Shown: one piece after another, positions 10,146 through 19,196 of the stretch | Position numbering within the stretch: position 1 is the stretch's first letter | Layout: every line of letters begins with the position of its first letter | NCBI GenBank assembly: GCA_965215265.1 | Contig: OZ244048.1 | Location: forward strand, 1,216,001 to 1,280,000 | DNA length: 64,000 bases | DNA from: Candidatus Poribacteria bacterium | GTDB lineage: Bacteria; Poribacteria; WGA-4E; WGA-3G | Direction of reading: 5' to 3' | The notes under the pieces: generated by a model | Database searches by the model: none | What the model saw: the letters and a program-made list of their open reading frames with translations, nothing else | What the model was told of the DNA's origin: nothing | Translations under genes and position numbers: made by a program

Positions 10146-10979
10146 ATGGTTAACTCAATTTATCATTTCTTCGCACATTTATGCCTCAAAAGAGAAAAAC
10201 TTCTTTCAGGAACTCCTCTAGAGAACTTTCCATTTGATAAGCGAATGCTATCTTGCGAAAATAAAGGGCGTTTTCCAGATTTAGCTATCAGACTCAATCA
10301 AGCAGATCGACTATTTAGTGGTGGCGAATTAATTGAACTCAAGGATAGTAAAACCTATTCGGTGGCTTCTTTTAATTCTACGATTCCGACAGGCGAAAAG
10401 GATATTCGCAGGCTAATCAAAGGGACAGAAAACACCATTCGGACACAGATGCAAAAAGCAGGTAATGATATACTTTCCTTACCCATGCGCCAAGTTTTCT
10501 ATCTCATTCGTGGCAGGAAGAAGTCAAATGTGAAAATTTGCTTGACTCATGGGAAGTTTTTTGAGACCGTTCCTGTTTCAACTTTGATTTCAGAGTCATT
10601 TGCCCAAGCTTTAGAAGAGCGGTTAAACGAACTTGGAGAATCGTTATCTACATCAATCAGACAAAAATTATTAGACATATTCAGCGAACAGCAAACTTTT
10701 AGTAGAACTAGAAATGTAGAAGATGCCTCAGTGCGGCTCCGTTTTCGTATTATGACTGAAGTTAAAGCCGGAGGAAATATTTTAAATCCAAATCAGTACC
10801 CACAAATTGGCGACAATACGTTGAACTTTGCTGTTCCATGTCACAGAAATATAAATATAGAAAAGCATCGACAGAACAACCAGATGAAAATCGCTTTTGA
10901 CTCAATGGAATGCTCACAGCTATTTTCGCAGATGAAAGTTTTTATCCTTTTGGAGATGAACGTCAGTGCGGCACTCTGA
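10146..10979 (+). CDS. Putative type II restriction endonuclease
   Basis: Directly abuts the MTase; FPD...ELIELKDS PD-(D/E)xK-like motif; AT-rich. Confidence 0.65.
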   Translation: MVNSIYHFFAHLCLKREKLLSGTPLENFPFDKRMLSCENKGRFPDLAIRLNQADRLFSGGELIELKDSKTYSVASFNSTIPTGEKDIRRLIKGTENTIRTQMQKAGNDILSLPMRQVFYLIRGRKKSNVKICLTHGKFFETVPVSTLISESFAQALEERLNELGESLSTSIRQKLLDIFSEQQTFSRTRNVEDASVRLRFRIMTEVKAGGNILNPNQYPQIGDNTLNFAVPCHRNINIEKHRQNNQMKIAFDSMECSQLFSQMKVFILLEMNVSAAL

Positions 10980-11026
10980 AATGATTTCAGTATCGCAGGA
11001 GGGTGTTTTTCAGAAGTATGGGATGA

Positions 11027-11065
11027 AAAAACAGGCACCTTTGCCGTAACTAAGGTGCCTGTTTT
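11027..11065. terminator. Bidirectional terminator ending the cassette operon
   Basis: AAAACAGGCACCTT...AAGGTGCCTGTTTT. Confidence 0.75.
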
Positions 11066-11099
11066 GTGAGTGTTTGGCTCTGTCGATGCACCGATCGGA

Positions 11100-12335
11100 C
11101 TATTCACTATGCCAAGTATAGGAGTTACCGTTGCTGGTGCATCCGCCGTTGCCGTTGGTGCATTTGGTGAACGTGGCACCGCATCCTGACCGGGAACAAG
11201 TATAGGTTGTTGCGTGCCGAGCGACAGCTGTAGCGTTGCAGCTCCAGTAAGTGTGTCCCGCACTGCAAGTCGTCTGGTGTGCGGTTGTGCTGGATGCGAC
11301 ACGGTTGTAAGTACAGCGTCCGTCCCCGCTGTAGGAATTTCCATAGCGGACGGTGCTGCCACTACCACTGCTCGAACCGCTGCCCAAACCGCTGCCACTA
11401 CCACTGCCCGAACCACTGCCAGAGCCGCCGTTGCCCGAACCACTGCCGCTGCCGCTGCTACTGCCCGAACCACTACCACTGCTGCCGTCGTTGTAATAGG
11501 GAGCATCATAACCGGCACACACGCAATATCGATGTCCGCAGGGGCCGTTTGTTGTGGAGGTGCCCCGGGTGGTGCATGTCCCTGTATCTGTGCACCAATT
11601 GAAGGTGGGGTTATTGGCACAGCCGGAACTACTAGAACCTGATCCGCTAGAAATAGAGTCAGAAACGTTAACCGAAAAGGACGAAGTTAGAGAGTCATTG
11701 GATACAGGATGCAAAATGCCTGCAGACCAACGCCAATTTTGCATGATCCCAACGACAATAGCGGAATTAGGTCCTGTCGAATTGAAGCCAATACTTAGAC
11801 CCCTTGTGCTGCCACCGTAGTTCTCAACAGTCCGAGATCTTGCCGTTGCAGAGCCGCTGGCTGTCCTGTTAAAGGTACCCGTGTTTATCTCGTTGGCGTA
11901 CCCCCCGCTAAGGATAGGCAGGGGCCCACCAGTAACACCTATCGCGGCAAAGTTGTAAGCAGGACAGAGTGTTTCTACTCTGAAAGAGAACTTATCGTTG
12001 CTAGCCGCTTTCAGTCGAGGCCCACTTCGCCAATCTCCAATATCAGCATCCTGCGATTGCCCAAACAGCGAAAACACGACCTCACCGTACCCGGATGCGA
12101 TGATACTTATCTCAAACGTCCAACTCTCAGGAGGTTTGCCGGGTGACCAGGATTCCGAGAGAATGCGATTTGTGCCACTCTCTATCGTCCGAGTCCCGCT
12201 GTATGCCCTACTGCTAGGTATTGATGAGGTGATGGTAGCCCCTTGGTGTATGGTGAGTCCTCGAGCGTTGTTGATGTGTAAACCACAGACAGCTAGAGTA
12301 ACAATTAAAACAATCAGACTTAATTTTGGCATCAT
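11100..12335 (-). CDS. Secreted protein with GS linker and Cys/His-rich C-terminal modules (cassette gene C)
   Basis: Signal peptide, AAGGAG RBS, beta-rich N domain, (GS)n linker, CGHRYCVC and CSAGHTYWSC...H...CSRSGC motifs. Confidence 0.85.
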   Translation of the reverse strand: MMPKLSLIVLIVTLAVCGLHINNARGLTIHQGATITSSIPSSRAYSGTRTIESGTNRILSESWSPGKPPESWTFEISIIASGYGEVVFSLFGQSQDADIGDWRSGPRLKAASNDKFSFRVETLCPAYNFAAIGVTGGPLPILSGGYANEINTGTFNRTASGSATARSRTVENYGGSTRGLSIGFNSTGPNSAIVVGIMQNWRWSAGILHPVSNDSLTSSFSVNVSDSISSGSGSSSSGCANNPTFNWCTDTGTCTTRGTSTTNGPCGHRYCVCAGYDAPYYNDGSSGSGSGSSSGSGSGSGNGGSGSGSGSGSGSGLGSGSSSGSGSTVRYGNSYSGDGRCTYNRVASSTTAHQTTCSAGHTYWSCNATAVARHATTYTCSRSGCGATFTKCTNGNGGCTSNGNSYTWHSE

Positions 12336-12346
12336 TTTTATCTCCT

Positions 12347-13108
12347 TTAATCGTAAAACCTTTCTTCATAAAATTCAAATAGGTGTCCTATACCCATTAA
12401 CTCGTAGAGTTCTCGGGTTGCTTCCTCATCACGCAGCCGGGCCTCTTCTTGAGGAATCTCGTCACCGTAACCAATAAAACCATAAGGGCGTGCTGGAAGT
12501 TCGCCTTGGTTTGCGTCAACCAATTCCTGCATGTCCACCAAAATGTTTTGCATGGCAAAGGAATTGCCCGCTGCTTCTGCACGGTGGTACGCATCCATCA
12601 ATGCCTTGTAACGTTCAAGGTCTGCCGGATTTGGAGCAAAGTCTATCCGGAGACTATAATTGACAAGAACGGGCCTATTTCGATACAGCCTGCGAGCGTT
12701 GCCCATGCAATCTCGAATGTGTCGGTATTCGCTTGTCCATGGGGGTTCGTCTCCCCATTCTTCTCGGTATGCTTGGGCCCATTGTTCCCACTGCTTGTCG
12801 CGTCTGGCTTGTTCCTCTGGAAAGAGTTTGGGCGCGGTAGGTATTTCGGGAATGGATACTAGCTCCGCGCCTCCGGTCTCTGTGTCGGTGTTTGCTACAT
12901 CAGTGTTCACGATGGGAACTCTCGCATCACTTGAAGTGCTTTCGTCGGCCTGTACAGCTTGTGTAGTAGCAGGCAGCTTGGGTAACGATTCCTCAAACCT
13001 TTTCTTTTGCCACTCCGCCCAGAAGTGCACGCCGAAGACCAAAAGAAGGCAGCCCAGAAGAGTCAGCATCACAACTCGATTCGTCAAGACTTCTTTTACG
13101 AGTTTCAT
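12347..13108 (-). CDS. N-terminally membrane-anchored hypothetical protein (cassette gene B2)
   Basis: GGAGG RBS; first ~46 aa nearly identical to 13613..14428, remainder not alignable by eye. Confidence 0.85.
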   Translation of the reverse strand: MKLVKEVLTNRVVMLTLLGCLLLVFGVHFWAEWQKKRFEESLPKLPATTQAVQADESTSSDARVPIVNTDVANTDTETGGAELVSIPEIPTAPKLFPEEQARRDKQWEQWAQAYREEWGDEPPWTSEYRHIRDCMGNARRLYRNRPVLVNYSLRIDFAPNPADLERYKALMDAYHRAEAAGNSFAMQNILVDMQELVDANQGELPARPYGFIGYGDEIPQEEARLRDEEATRELYELMGIGHLFEFYEERFYD

Positions 13109-13259
13109 GGAGTTTCCTCCGGTGTTGGAGCACAGCCGCATCCACGGTTGCGGGGTATGGGCACGATATCTTTATCAGTAGAAGATGCTGCTGCAGCGGC
13201 TGTCACGGCGGTAGGCGCGGCACCGCAACATCCGCTTGTCGGCTCAAGCCTCGCAGGGG
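12972..13259. repeat. 288-bp direct repeat, copy 1
   Basis: Matches 14292..14579 at offset 1320 with 9 mismatches by manual count. Confidence 0.95.
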
Positions 13260-13608
13260 TGGATTTCGTCGCTGTCGGTGGGAAAAATATTAAGAAACTC
13301 ACCTTTTCAACAACTATACCTGGGTTGAGCTGCAGTCCGGTGTCAAGAGATCCTTCCGCCCGGACACATACCCATCCGATCCCGTACGCCTCGGTTTCAG
13401 CTTTGACAAGTAGATCATAACTTGCTTGTCTTGTGTCTGTCCGTTTAAGTCTATTGTTTACAAACTCATAGACATCAACAACATCGGCTTTCCCCGGATC
13501 CGGTGTCGCCGTCGGTGTTACAACGGGCCCCGACATCCGTATATCTGCGTGCACGAAGTGGACAAGCCCTGCCAAAAATACGAAAAACAGAAAATATCTA
13601 TATTTCAT
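13105..13608 (-). CDS. Secreted protein with Cys-containing conserved tail (cassette gene A2, possibly chimeric)
   Basis: Signal peptide MKYRYFLFF; last ~50 aa shared with 14425..14760; ATGA overlap with B2. Confidence 0.75.
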   Translation of the reverse strand: MKYRYFLFFVFLAGLVHFVHADIRMSGPVVTPTATPDPGKADVVDVYEFVNNRLKRTDTRQASYDLLVKAETEAYGIGWVCVRAEGSLDTGLQLNPGIVVEKVSFLIFFPPTATKSTPARLEPTSGCCGAAPTAVTAAAAASSTDKDIVPIPRNRGCGCAPTPEETP

Positions 13609-13612
13609 CACA

Positions 13613-14428
13613 TTATCTCCTTTCAAGTGTAGCACGGATTTCCGCAATGAGTTGGTCAAAAACATTGTAATCGATACGGAACGATTCGGGGGATGGCGGA
13701 AGTAAATCTGCTGCGACATCATCCATGCGCTGTATTAATGCCCTTTCATCTTCTGGGGTCATCGGATCACTCGCCCTACGACTGACAGCCGCAGTTATCG
13801 TGGGTCTCGGGCCATTCGTCTTTTCGTAGAGTTCGCGCTTCCATGCTAACCCCAATTCAACCTCTTCCGGCGAGAGATTGTAGAGTTTGATGACAAGCGG
13901 ATTGTCTATTGCTCGTAAACAACTATACCTTGCGAGCTCGTCGTCGGTAAGTTGGTGATAGTTCCCGTATCCTTCCCCCCAGGCGACCTGGATAATTGGA
14001 TCTTTGTATTTTACAAGTTGGGCATCGCCGTCCCCGATTTTTGCATACCGATAGCCGGGGGGTGGAGGTTGGAGTCCGAATGACTCATAAAAGGCGAGTC
14101 GTGCTTTTTCTTGGGAGGCGATCTCTTCCTCTGAAAGCAGGCCCATATCGATGGCGATCTGCTCCTGTTGCGATTTGGGTGTCGCCGAGGCACCCGGGGG
14201 AGGGGCCCTGTGGAAGTATCCTGCTTGTGTGGTGTTGCCGGTGTCGGGTTGTGCGGTAGGTAGATCGGCTTGTGCCTCCTGTATGGACGCTGGCAGCTTG
14301 GGTAACGATTCCTCAAACCTTTTCTTTTGCCGCTCCGCCCAGAAGTGCACGCCGAAGACTAAAAGAAGGCAGCCCAGAAGGGTTAGTATCACAACTCGAT
14401 TCGTCAAGACTTCTTTTACGAGTTTCAT
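13613..14428 (-). CDS. N-terminally membrane-anchored hypothetical protein (cassette gene B1)
   Basis: MKLVKEVLTNRVV-TM-QKKRFEESLPKLPA head and a unique C-terminal domain. Confidence 0.85.
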   Translation of the reverse strand: MKLVKEVLTNRVVILTLLGCLLLVFGVHFWAERQKKRFEESLPKLPASIQEAQADLPTAQPDTGNTTQAGYFHRAPPPGASATPKSQQEQIAIDMGLLSEEEIASQEKARLAFYESFGLQPPPPGYRYAKIGDGDAQLVKYKDPIIQVAWGEGYGNYHQLTDDELARYSCLRAIDNPLVIKLYNLSPEEVELGLAWKRELYEKTNGPRPTITAAVSRRASDPMTPEDERALIQRMDDVAADLLPPSPESFRIDYNVFDQLIAEIRATLERR

Positions 14429-14579
14429 GGGGTTTCCTCCGGTGTTGGAGCACAGCCGCATCCACGGTTGCGGGGTATGGGCACGATATCTTTATCAGTA
14501 GGAGGTGCTGCTGCAGCGGCTGTCACGGCGGTAGGCGCGGCACCGCAACATCCGCTTGTCGGCCCAAGCCTCGCAGGGG
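14292..14579. repeat. 288-bp direct repeat, copy 2
   Basis: Matches 12972..13259. Confidence 0.95.
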
Positions 14580-14760
14580 CGGGGCCGCAGCCGCCACAGC
14601 GGGTAGCAGGGTCTACGCCGTCACGTGCCGCAGGGGTGATGGCCGCGTCGGCGGTAGCTCGGACTCTAGGGCTCTGGGCAACGATGAAGCCGCTCCAGAG
14701 TGCCGTTGCGAAGACAATTATCGCGAGGGCAACTTTCACGGGTTTTGTAAGTGTCGGCAT
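14425..14760 (-). CDS. Small secreted Cys-cluster protein (cassette gene A1)
   Basis: AGGAGG RBS, signal/TM segment, CGGC, GCCG and GCGC motifs; ATGA overlap with B1. Confidence 0.75.
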   Translation of the reverse strand: MPTLTKPVKVALAIIVFATALWSGFIVAQSPRVRATADAAITPAARDGVDPATRCGGCGPAPARLGPTSGCCGAAPTAVTAAAAAPPTDKDIVPIPRNRGCGCAPTPEETP

Positions 14761-15232
14761 TTGTGGCCTCCTATAAGTTATCAACTGTTATGACTTGGGG
14801 AAAGGGGTATTGCATCAGAAAGCAACAAGCGTTTATCGGTTCTCGAACAGAAGCTGCCTTCCATTCTATAAAGCGGCAAATACCCCGGTAGACGCAGTCT
14901 GTGACTTTGGCAAATATGGTGGTGCCCGTCCGGTAGGGACGCAGTAGAAGCGTGCACAGCACAAAAGGAATCGTGCGTGGAGAAAAATGGAGCCTCGTGC
15001 CCAAACAAGCAGAGCCCGGTATTGTGACTTAAGAGTAATTTTTGAGAAGGGGGGTTAACCAGGTGTTAACCAATAGTAAATTGCATTCGATAGCATGCAC
15101 AGGCAGAAGATGCCTATGCGCCCACCTCGTGTAGTAGCCGTTGAGGGAACTCACGTTTCTAACGGATGAAGTTAGTAGAAGTTTCTCTGTCACTCGTGTT
15201 CCTTGTTCCATGCTGAGATCGGACTTATAAGA

Positions 15233-15261
15233 ATTATACTACATTTTCATACAAAATGCAA
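15233..15261 (-). promoter_or_regulatory. Sigma70-type promoter of the cassette operon
   Basis: TTGCAT-17 nt-TATAAT on the minus strand. Confidence 0.7.
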
Positions 15262-15628
15262 ATTTGTTTTACACTTTATGAATATTAGACGATATTTCCT
15301 GAAAAATGCAAATTTTTTTATAGTAGATTTTAGAATGACTGATACCTTGCTTATTGGCGGGCTGCCAGCGGTGGCGAGAGGTCTTCACTAGACTCACGGC
15401 GAGGGGGTTCCACAGCAGAGCGTTGTCTTGAAAAGGGGTTCTCATAATTTTGGGCGGCACCCGTTTGGAGGTCTATCTCCTTTTCATAATAATTCCTTCT
15501 TCTTATGAAGTCTGTATGTCAGGAGGGATTCTACTACAATACTTCAAACTTTCCTTCGCTTTTTCCACAAGAACCTGCTTATCACAAGCCTGCTACAAAA
15601 AATAGGAGTAAATGAGAGAGGATGTTGC

Positions 15629-15657
15629 TTGACATTTTCAGATTTACGTGGTATTAT
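15629..15657 (+). promoter_or_regulatory. Sigma70-type promoter of the ABC operon
   Basis: TTGACA-17 nt-TATTAT with extended TG. Confidence 0.7.
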
Positions 15658-15717
15658 TTAAATATATTTTATCCCTTTGCGGTCAGGTGACCGCACCTAT
15701 ATGGTTAGATAACGTTT

Positions 15718-16644
15718 ATGATTGAAGTTAGAGAACTTACAAAATCCTACGGCCCGACGGTCGCGGTTAACCGTGTCTCTTTCGAGGCGAATGCGGGGGA
15801 GGTCCTTGGGTTCCTCGGTCCGAACGGTGCTGGGAAGACGACAACGATGCGCCTCCTCACCTGCTATCTGTCAGCAGATTCAGGAAGTGCAACGGTTTCT
15901 GGTTACGATGTGTTTGAGGAATCGGTTGAGGTTCGAAAGCGAATCGGCTACCTACCTGAAAGTGCTCCACTCTATACAGATATGGGTGTAATTGAATATC
16001 TGGATTTTATGACGCAGGTCCGTAATCTTCCGAAGAACGTCCGGAAAGTGCGTATTCGGGAAGTGGTTGAAATCTGTGGATTGGAGGACGTTATCCAAAA
16101 GGACATTGGGGAGCTCTCCAAGGGCTATCGGCAGCGTGTGGGATTAGCACAAAGTCTCATCCATGATCCGCCCATTCTGATTTTAGATGAACCCACCTCA
16201 GGGCTTGATCCGAGCCAAATTATTGAAATTCGCAATCTGATAAAGAATATTGGACAAGAGAAGCTGGTTCTCTTCAGCACACACATTTTGCCAGAGGTGT
16301 CTGCGACATGTAGCCGCATTCTGATCATCAACGATGGCACGATTGTTGCGAACGGGACACCGGCTGAGTTAGCCAGTCAAGCGGAGGGCGAAGAGATAGT
16401 ATATCTTCGCATCCGTGGTTCTAAAGCGGCGATCGACACGAAATTAGACGAATTGGATTTTGTTTCACAGTGGGAGCATCTCGAAACCGAGGACGGGGTA
16501 GTCAGTTATCAAGTGACTGCACCACAGGGCTGTCAAGCCTCTGAGACCTTATTTCACGTTGTTGTAGATAACCAATGGAGTTTGACGGAGCTCCGTCAAG
16601 AGTCGGTTGATTTAGAGGATGTATTCCTGAATTTGACAAAGTGA
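15718..16644 (+). CDS. ABC transporter ATP-binding protein (GldA-like)
   Basis: GPNGAGKT, LSKGYRQR, ILDEPT. Confidence 0.93.
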   Translation: MIEVRELTKSYGPTVAVNRVSFEANAGEVLGFLGPNGAGKTTTMRLLTCYLSADSGSATVSGYDVFEESVEVRKRIGYLPESAPLYTDMGVIEYLDFMTQVRNLPKNVRKVRIREVVEICGLEDVIQKDIGELSKGYRQRVGLAQSLIHDPPILILDEPTSGLDPSQIIEIRNLIKNIGQEKLVLFSTHILPEVSATCSRILIINDGTIVANGTPAELASQAEGEEIVYLRIRGSKAAIDTKLDELDFVSQWEHLETEDGVVSYQVTAPQGCQASETLFHVVVDNQWSLTELRQESVDLEDVFLNLTK

Positions 16645-16718
16645 GGGAGTAGTGTGCTAGATTAGCATTGCGATGCGAAAATTGCGCGATGCTTAGAACA
16701 GACAACAAAAAACAGATC

Positions 16719-17435
16719 ATGACCAATATTATAGCGATCTTTAAGAAGGAATTTAGAAGTTATTTCAATTCGCCCATTGCGTATATTTTTATTACCTTTT
16801 TCTTGGGCATTTCTTCATGGCTCTTTTTTCGTGGTTTTTTCCTGATTAACCAGGCGGAAATGCGTGGGTTTTTCGGGTTAATGCCGTGGCTTTTCTTATT
16901 TTTCATTCCTGCTGTTACAATGAAACTCTGGGCAGAAGAAAATAAACTTGGTACAGTCGAGATCTTGATGACGTTACCCATTCGGGATTACGAGGTGGTT
17001 CTCGGCAAATACTTAGCGAGTTTTGGGCTGCTTTTGGTGACGACGTTGCTCTCGCTGGGACTTCCTCTATCAGTGATTCATCTGGGGGATCCAGATGGGG
17101 GGACGCTAATAAGCGGTTACATCGGGCTTTTATTGATGGGCGGTGCGTACCTCGCGATAGGGTTGTTCACGTCAACGTTGACAGAGAATCAGATTGTCGC
17201 CTTTATCTTCGGGATTACTACCTGTTTTGTACTATTGATTATCGGGGAGGACATTGTGCTTTTCAATGCACCGAATTGGCTTTTCCCGATTTTTAGTTAT
17301 CTCGGTTTAGGGGCACATTACAGTAGCATTCTGCGGGGTGTACTGGACTCCCGCGATATTATCTATTATCTATCGGTTATCGGATTCTTTCTCTATATGA
17401 GTTCGGTGTCCGTTGAGAGTCGAAAATGGAGGTAA
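16719..17435 (+). CDS. ABC-2 permease (GldF-like)
   Basis: KEFRSYFNSPIAY, GTVEILMTLP, GVLDSRDIIYY. Confidence 0.9.
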   Translation: MTNIIAIFKKEFRSYFNSPIAYIFITFFLGISSWLFFRGFFLINQAEMRGFFGLMPWLFLFFIPAVTMKLWAEENKLGTVEILMTLPIRDYEVVLGKYLASFGLLLVTTLLSLGLPLSVIHLGDPDGGTLISGYIGLLLMGGAYLAIGLFTSTLTENQIVAFIFGITTCFVLLIIGEDIVLFNAPNWLFPIFSYLGLGAHYSSILRGVLDSRDIIYYLSVIGFFLYMSSVSVESRKWR

Positions 17436-17439
17436 AGTT

Positions 17440-19098
17440 TTGACATCGGAAGGACTCAAATCGGCTTCATCGAAACACCTCAAATACGGTGGCAACGCGG
17501 CCGTATTTGTTTTGCTTTTGTTTGGCATCCTTGTGCTGTTAAATTTCTTGTCCACGCGCCGCTTCATTCGCGCAGATCTGACTGAGGACAAACGGTATAC
17601 TATCTCGGATGCTACTAAAAATGTGCTTGGCACTTTAGACGATATTGTAACGATTACTGCCTATTTTTCAACGGAACCCGCAGAAGTTGCACAAATCCGC
17701 CTGAGTGTAAGGGATGTACTCGACGAATATAATGCATTCTCTCAGAAACTTCAGATTGATTTTGTGAATCCTGCAAGATTGGATGAAGGACAGAAACAGG
17801 AGCTCCGGTTCAAGGGGGTGCCAGAAGTCCAAATCAATGTCTTTAAGGAAGATAAAGCAGAAATCGCGAATGTTTACTTGGGCATCAGCATCGGTTACAG
17901 CGGCAAGGAGGAAATCTTGCCTATTATACAATCTACCGACAACTTGGAGTATGAGTTAACCTCAACCATTCTGAAGGTTACGACGAAAGAGGCGAAAACG
18001 GTCGGATTCTTGACGGGGCATGACGAGTTAGATATCCAAGCACAAACGTCTCAGGGATTGCGCGAACGGTTAGATAAAAACGCGAAAGGGCAATATAACC
18101 TGACTACCGTGGATCTTCAAGGAGGTCAACCGGTGTCTGACACCGTCACGACCTTAGTCGTCGCAGGCCCAAAACGGGCGTTGGCGGAACGTGAAAAATA
18201 TGAACTCGATCAGTTTATTATGCACGGCGGGAGAGCAATCTTCTTAGTAGATCCGCTGCAGCTTCCTGCCGGAGGTTTACAAGGGACTCCGCTTAGCACT
18301 GGCTTGAACGATCTGCTTACGCATTACGGTGTTAAATTGGGAAATAATGTGTTAGTCGACCGGCGGTTCCACGATAACGCGCGGTTCCAGCAAGGATTCA
18401 TGACTGTTTTTCAGCCGTATCCGTTTTTTGTTAAAATTATTAAGCCGAATTTCTCTACAGAGAGCACCGTGACGAATCAGTTAGAGGGGTTAACGTTACC
18501 ATGGACGAGTTCGCTGGAAGTAGTTGCAGTGGAAGGTGTCACTGGGACAGTTTTGGCAAAAACGAGTGAGTTTGGACAGAGCATCGAAGGGTTTTATAAC
18601 CTCGCACCCAATTTTCCGATACCGCAGGCCGAATTACAAGCGTATCCGGTTGCGGTGGCTTTAGAAGGAAATTTTAAAAGTTTCTACGCAGATAAAGAAA
18701 TTCCGCCGGTGGAAACTGGAACGGATACCCCGGATGAGACTGCAGAAACGGAGATTGCACCTTCGCAAGACGCACTCGCAAGCAGCCGACTTACTGAAAG
18801 TGAACCGACGCAAATTGTTGTGGTTGGCACAGCGCAATCATTGGCACAGATGCGGCCCGATGGAACCGATTTTTTCTTAAATACGGTTGACTGGTTGACG
18901 CTCGGAGATGCTTTAATCGGCATCCGGTCGCGGGTGGTTACTGAACGTCCACTACGGGCAGCCACTGAGGTTGAGAAAAACTTAATAAAATACATTTGTA
19001 TCGTTGGCATCCCACTGATTGTGGTTATCTTTGGGTTGCTCCGTTATTTCTTGAAAAGGAGGGCAAAACGGTTGGTTGAGACCTACGGTTCCTTGTAA
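17440..19098 (+). CDS. GldG-family ABC auxiliary protein
   Basis: DLTEDKRYTIS, LEYELT, GFLTGHDE, N- and C-terminal TM. Confidence 0.9.
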   Translation: MTSEGLKSASSKHLKYGGNAAVFVLLLFGILVLLNFLSTRRFIRADLTEDKRYTISDATKNVLGTLDDIVTITAYFSTEPAEVAQIRLSVRDVLDEYNAFSQKLQIDFVNPARLDEGQKQELRFKGVPEVQINVFKEDKAEIANVYLGISIGYSGKEEILPIIQSTDNLEYELTSTILKVTTKEAKTVGFLTGHDELDIQAQTSQGLRERLDKNAKGQYNLTTVDLQGGQPVSDTVTTLVVAGPKRALAEREKYELDQFIMHGGRAIFLVDPLQLPAGGLQGTPLSTGLNDLLTHYGVKLGNNVLVDRRFHDNARFQQGFMTVFQPYPFFVKIIKPNFSTESTVTNQLEGLTLPWTSSLEVVAVEGVTGTVLAKTSEFGQSIEGFYNLAPNFPIPQAELQAYPVAVALEGNFKSFYADKEIPPVETGTDTPDETAETEIAPSQDALASSRLTESEPTQIVVVGTAQSLAQMRPDGTDFFLNTVDWLTLGDALIGIRSRVVTERPLRAATEVEKNLIKYICIVGIPLIVVIFGLLRYFLKRRAKRLVETYGSL

Positions 19099-19196
19099 GT
19101 TTCGCTGCGTTCTGGCTTAGTTATACACGGGGCTGTATTTTTCTGTGTTTATCCAGGGCGCTATATTATTCTTGCCAACCGTATCCACTACGAAAA

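Noticed and set aside
10841-11642. Ala/Val/Thr/Cys-rich overlapping ORFs
   Set aside because: They are shadow frames of the GS-linker tandem repeats in 11100-12335.
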